DNA of 18,745 nucleotides. Source: an uncultured Deinococcales bacterium (GTDB lineage: Bacteria > Deinococcota > Deinococci > Deinococcales > JAAFIG01). The notes below the pieces were generated by a model. That model made no database searches. It was not told where the DNA came from and saw only the letters and a program-made list of their open reading frames with translations. Made by a program: the position numbers and the translations under genes. This document shows, in pieces, positions 15,875 to 18,745 of this stretch; within the stretch, counting starts at the first letter, position 1, and every line of letters begins with the position of its first letter. The stretch spans positions 1-18,745 of the forward strand of contig CAXTKV010000098.1 of the NCBI GenBank assembly GCA_964244895.1, read 5' to 3'.

Positions 15875-15901
15875 CCCTTCTCGAGACGAGGAGGGTTTTT
15901 T
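15875..15901 (+). terminator. Riboswitch terminator that also sequesters the metY RBS
   Basis: CCCTTCTCG-AGA-CGAGGAGGG plus T-tract. GAAGGG (15851-15856), overlapping the P1 3' strand, can pair with CCCTTC as an antiterminator. Confidence 0.85.
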
Positions 15902-15903
15902 GT

Positions 15904-17235
15904 ATGTCCCACGAGATTGACAGCGACAGTTCTTTCGAGACTCTGGCCTTCGAGACGAACGCGGTGCACGCGGGCTTGACGCGCGGCAGCGGCGATCCGG
16001 TCGGCACCCCGATCTATCCCGTGATCGCCTGGGAATTCGAGGATCTAGAGCACGCCGCCCAGTTGTTTTCGAGCAACGAAGGCCGCAGCTACAGCCGCAT
16101 CCAGAACCCGACCACCGCCGCCCTGGAAGAGCGCCTGAGCGCCCTGGAAGGCGCGACGGGCGCGGTCGCGACCACGACCGGGCAGGCCGCATCCCTGCTG
16201 ACCATCACGGCCCTGGCCAGAGCGGGGGATCACATCGTGGCCACCACCAGCCTGTTCGGGGGTTCCGTCGGGTTGTTCAACAACGTATTGCCGAACTTCG
16301 GGATCACCAGCAGCCTGGTGGCCAACGACGTGAACGCGATCCGGGATGCCATCAGACCGAACACGCGCGCCATCTGGCTCGAAATCATTGGCAACCCCGC
16401 GCTGGACGTGCCCGATCTGAGCGCCATCGCCGCCGTCGCGCGCGAACACCACCTGCCATTGATCGTGGACAACACCTGGGGCGCAGTTGGTTACTTGTGC
16501 CGACCATTCGATTTCGGTGCGCACCTGTGCGTGCATTCCCTGACCAAATGGGCCGCCGGGCACGGCGCGGTCATGGGCGGTGCGGTCGTGGCGCTCGAGA
16601 CGCCAGAATTCAGGGCGTGCCTGGAGCGCAACCCGATCTTCACCGACCCCGACCGGGACGGCCTGAGCCTGATTGACCGCTTCGGCGATCGCGCCTTTTT
16701 GAAACGCGCCCGCAACCTGGGCCTGTTGCAGATGGGCCTGACCCTCGCGCCGCAGAGCGCCTGGCAGATCAACCAGGGCTTAGAAACCGTGCAACTGCGC
16801 GTCCAACGCGAATGCCAGAACGCGCTGGAACTGGCGCGGTGGGCGCAAACCCAACCCGGTATCGCCTGGGTGTCGTACCCCGGCCTGGAAACGCACGCCT
16901 GGCACGCCAACGCCGCCAAGTACCTCAGGAACGGCTTCGGCGCGGTGCTGACCATCGGCATCGAAGGCAAACTCGAGGGCGCGAGCGCGTTCTACAGCGC
17001 CCTCAGCCTGATCCGCAAAGCCACCAACCTGGGCGACACCCGCACGCTGGCCGTTCACCCGTGGACGACCACGCACGGACGCCTGACCGAACCCGCCCGC
17101 ATCGCCGCCGGGGTCAGCCCCGAAATGATCCGCATCAACGTCGGGCTCGAGGACGTGCGCGACCTGCAACGCGATTTAACGCGAGCGCTCGAGACGGCAC
17201 AAAAAGCGTTGGGGGTGGCGAATGCGGCGAGGTGA
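15904..17235 (+). CDS. metY: O-acetylhomoserine aminocarboxypropyltransferase (sulfhydrylase), Cys/Met PLP-dependent family
   Basis: FETNAVHAG, YSRIQNPT, GQAA, DNT, PLP-lysine HSLTK, NLGD, HPWTTTH, IRINVGLE. Start moved to ATG 15904 (GGAGG RBS) because the track start lies inside the riboswitch. metY versus other family members is inferred. Confidence 0.85.
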   Translation: MSHEIDSDSSFETLAFETNAVHAGLTRGSGDPVGTPIYPVIAWEFEDLEHAAQLFSSNEGRSYSRIQNPTTAALEERLSALEGATGAVATTTGQAASLLTITALARAGDHIVATTSLFGGSVGLFNNVLPNFGITSSLVANDVNAIRDAIRPNTRAIWLEIIGNPALDVPDLSAIAAVAREHHLPLIVDNTWGAVGYLCRPFDFGAHLCVHSLTKWAAGHGAVMGGAVVALETPEFRACLERNPIFTDPDRDGLSLIDRFGDRAFLKRARNLGLLQMGLTLAPQSAWQINQGLETVQLRVQRECQNALELARWAQTQPGIAWVSYPGLETHAWHANAAKYLRNGFGAVLTIGIEGKLEGASAFYSALSLIRKATNLGDTRTLAVHPWTTTHGRLTEPARIAAGVSPEMIRINVGLEDVRDLQRDLTRALETAQKALGVANAAR

Positions 17236-17246
17236 TAACACCTTTT

Positions 17247-17308
17247 CCCCCTCATCCCGACCTTCTCCCACAAGGACAGAACAGTACAGTGTGCTGTCCA
17301 AAGGAGAA
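17247..17308. repeat. Nested hairpin element (CCCCTCATCCC..CCTTCTCCC...GGAGAA with an inner GGACAG/CTGTCC stem)
   Basis: TTCTCC (17263-17268) pairs with GGAGAA (17303-17308); GGACAG (17274-17279) pairs with CTGTCC (17294-17299). Confidence 0.45.
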
Positions 17309-17313
17309 AAACG

Positions 17314-17389
17314 GGGAACACCGTCCCAGACGCATTCTCGAGAATACGTGCTGGACGGTGTTCCCAAACTCGAGAACCGTCCCGGACGC
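17314..17389. repeat. Palindromic REP-like element, copy 6, plus an extra half-site
   Basis: GGGAACACCGTCCCAGACG...CGTGCTGGACGGTGTTCCC (17314-17365), then GAGAACCGTCCCGGACGC. Confidence 0.85.
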
Positions 17390-17442
17390 ATCTTCTCGGG
17401 CTTGCGGCTCGCGGCTTGCGGCTCACAACCCGGCGGTTCCCT

Positions 17443-18312
17443 GTGAGGCTGCGCGACAAATTTGGCAAGGTCTTCGTCGTGACCGCCGAACTCGACCCAC
17501 CGCGCGGCTCAGACCCGACGCCGACGCTCGAGGAGGCGCTGGCGGTGCGGGGATTCGTGGATGCGGTCAATATCTCCGACAGCCCGCAGGCGAACTTGCG
17601 CATGACGCCGCTCGTGGCCGCGAAGCTCGTGCAGGACGGCGCGGGGATCGAGGTGATCGCGCACTTCACCTGCCGCGACCGCAACGTCATCGGCGTGCAA
17701 TCCGAGTTGCTGGGGGCGCACGCGCTGGGCGTGCGGAACATCCTGGCCCTGCGCGGCGACCCGCCGGAGCGCGGCGATCACCCGGATGCGAAGGGGGTTT
17801 TCGAGCTGGAGGCGGTCAGCCTCGGCCGAGTGGTCGCCTGCCTGAACACCGGGAAATCCCTGTCGGGCCGTGATCTGGACGGCGGCACGGATTTCACCAT
17901 CGCCGTCGCCGCGAACCCCGGCGCGCCGGACTTGAACCTCGAGCGCGATCGGTTCGCGGAAAAAGTGGCGGCGGGCGCGCACTTCGCGCAGACGCAACCC
18001 GTCTTTGACGCGCAAACCGTGGAGCGCTTCCTCAATACCGTGCAACCCAACATTCCCGTGCTGTACGGCGTGCTTCCCGTCCGAAGCTTAGAAATGGCCG
18101 AACGCGTGGGGAAATGGACGCACGTTCCAGACGCCCTCGTTGACGACCTGAAGGCGCGCGGTCGCAAGGCGGGCATCGAGTGGGCCGCTCGCGTCGTACA
18201 CGATCTGCGGGCGATTGGCGTTCCCGGCGTTCACCTCTACCCGCTCGGGCGTCCGAAGGTGGTCTCGCAGGTGCTGGGCGCGCTGACCGACCCGATCCCG
18301 AGGCTGGTCTAG
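17443..18312 (+). CDS. metF: 5,10-methylenetetrahydrofolate reductase
   Basis: TAELDPPRG, AVNISD, HFTCRDRN, ILALRGDPP, KVAAGA.FAQTQPVFD, GVHLY. In-frame GTG 17443 is preferred over TTG 17416. Confidence 0.9.
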   Translation: MRLRDKFGKVFVVTAELDPPRGSDPTPTLEEALAVRGFVDAVNISDSPQANLRMTPLVAAKLVQDGAGIEVIAHFTCRDRNVIGVQSELLGAHALGVRNILALRGDPPERGDHPDAKGVFELEAVSLGRVVACLNTGKSLSGRDLDGGTDFTIAVAANPGAPDLNLERDRFAEKVAAGAHFAQTQPVFDAQTVERFLNTVQPNIPVLYGVLPVRSLEMAERVGKWTHVPDALVDDLKARGRKAGIEWAARVVHDLRAIGVPGVHLYPLGRPKVVSQVLGALTDPIPRLV

Positions 18313-18314
18313 GC

Positions 18315-18745
18315 ATGGATCTTCAGGTCGCGTGCGCCGCGCTGGACTGGGTTTCCGACCCGGATCGCGCCCTGGAGGTGGTGCGCGAGACCGCCGCGCG
18401 CCTTCGCATCGCCACGAGCGAGCATCGCCGCAGACGCGACCCTTACGAGTGGCAGCACGGTTTCATCGGTTTCTCCGACGACCGATACGAGCAACTCACG
18501 CCCCAGCAGCGCGAATCCTGGCCGTTGCGCCGCATCCGCGATCAGTGGTACAGGATTCCCGACACGCCCATCGAGCGCAGCCCGTACTACCAGCGTCGCG
18601 TGCGGATGCTCGAGGACGGCGTGGAATCCATGACCGGACGGCTCGAGGCGCGCGGCCTGAAGCTCGCGCTCCACGAACAGATGTTCACCTTCGACTTCCT
18701 GTTCATCACCCTGGAATTCCCGGATGAAACCGTCGGGCCGTTCCT
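18315..18745 (+). CDS. Hypothetical protein, 3' end runs off the window
   Basis: ATG 2 nt after the metF stop; open to the edge (MDLQVACAALDWVSDPDRALEVVRETAARLR...); high GC3. Absent from the ORF track because it has no stop. Confidence 0.65.
   Translation, partial: MDLQVACAALDWVSDPDRALEVVRETAARLRIATSEHRRRRDPYEWQHGFIGFSDDRYEQLTPQQRESWPLRRIRDQWYRIPDTPIERSPYYQRRVRMLEDGVESMTGRLEARGLKLALHEQMFTFDFLFITLEFPDETVGPF

Noticed and set aside
15468..15903. Small ORFs and the N-terminal extension of metY from 15814
   Set aside because: The region is explained by the promoter, SAM-I aptamer and terminator; the start with an RBS is 15904.
4500..17389. Palindromic repeats as a CRISPR array
   Set aside because: Copies are kilobases apart, each is an inverted pair, there is no repeat-spacer periodicity and no cas gene.
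18309..18727. Track ORFs 18309-18674 (-) and 18332-18727 (+)
   Set aside because: The frame from ATG 18315 has better codon bias and operon spacing.

Overview
GC-rich bacterial DNA, probably Deinococcota (inferred from a TrmB with a long C-terminal extension and four genes that look leaderless). Left half (1-11256, minus strand): an 11-gene, mostly translationally coupled operon. In transcription order it encodes a stand-alone HD-GYP protein, a Wzx/MOP-type flippase, a polyprenol-phosphate-type GT2, a GT4, a STAS protein, a SpoIIE/PP2C phosphatase, an RsbW-like kinase, a second STAS protein, a single-domain response regulator, a ~1085-aa GT-C-like membrane protein and a secreted Ig-like repeat protein cut by the window edge. 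It looks like a surface-glycan system with an embedded partner switch and no sigma factor in view. tRNA-Glu(UUC) follows on the minus strand. Right half (plus strand): thioesterase, trmB, HExxH metallopeptidase, mutY, then a SAM-I riboswitch with two large insertions ahead of metY-metF and a truncated hypothetical gene. Other signals: a dispersed palindromic repeat family (one copy in-frame inside the flippase), about 80 copies of CTCGAG, and a 17-bp duplication that creates a 6-codon relay ORF. All protein calls rest on motif recognition only; no database search was run.
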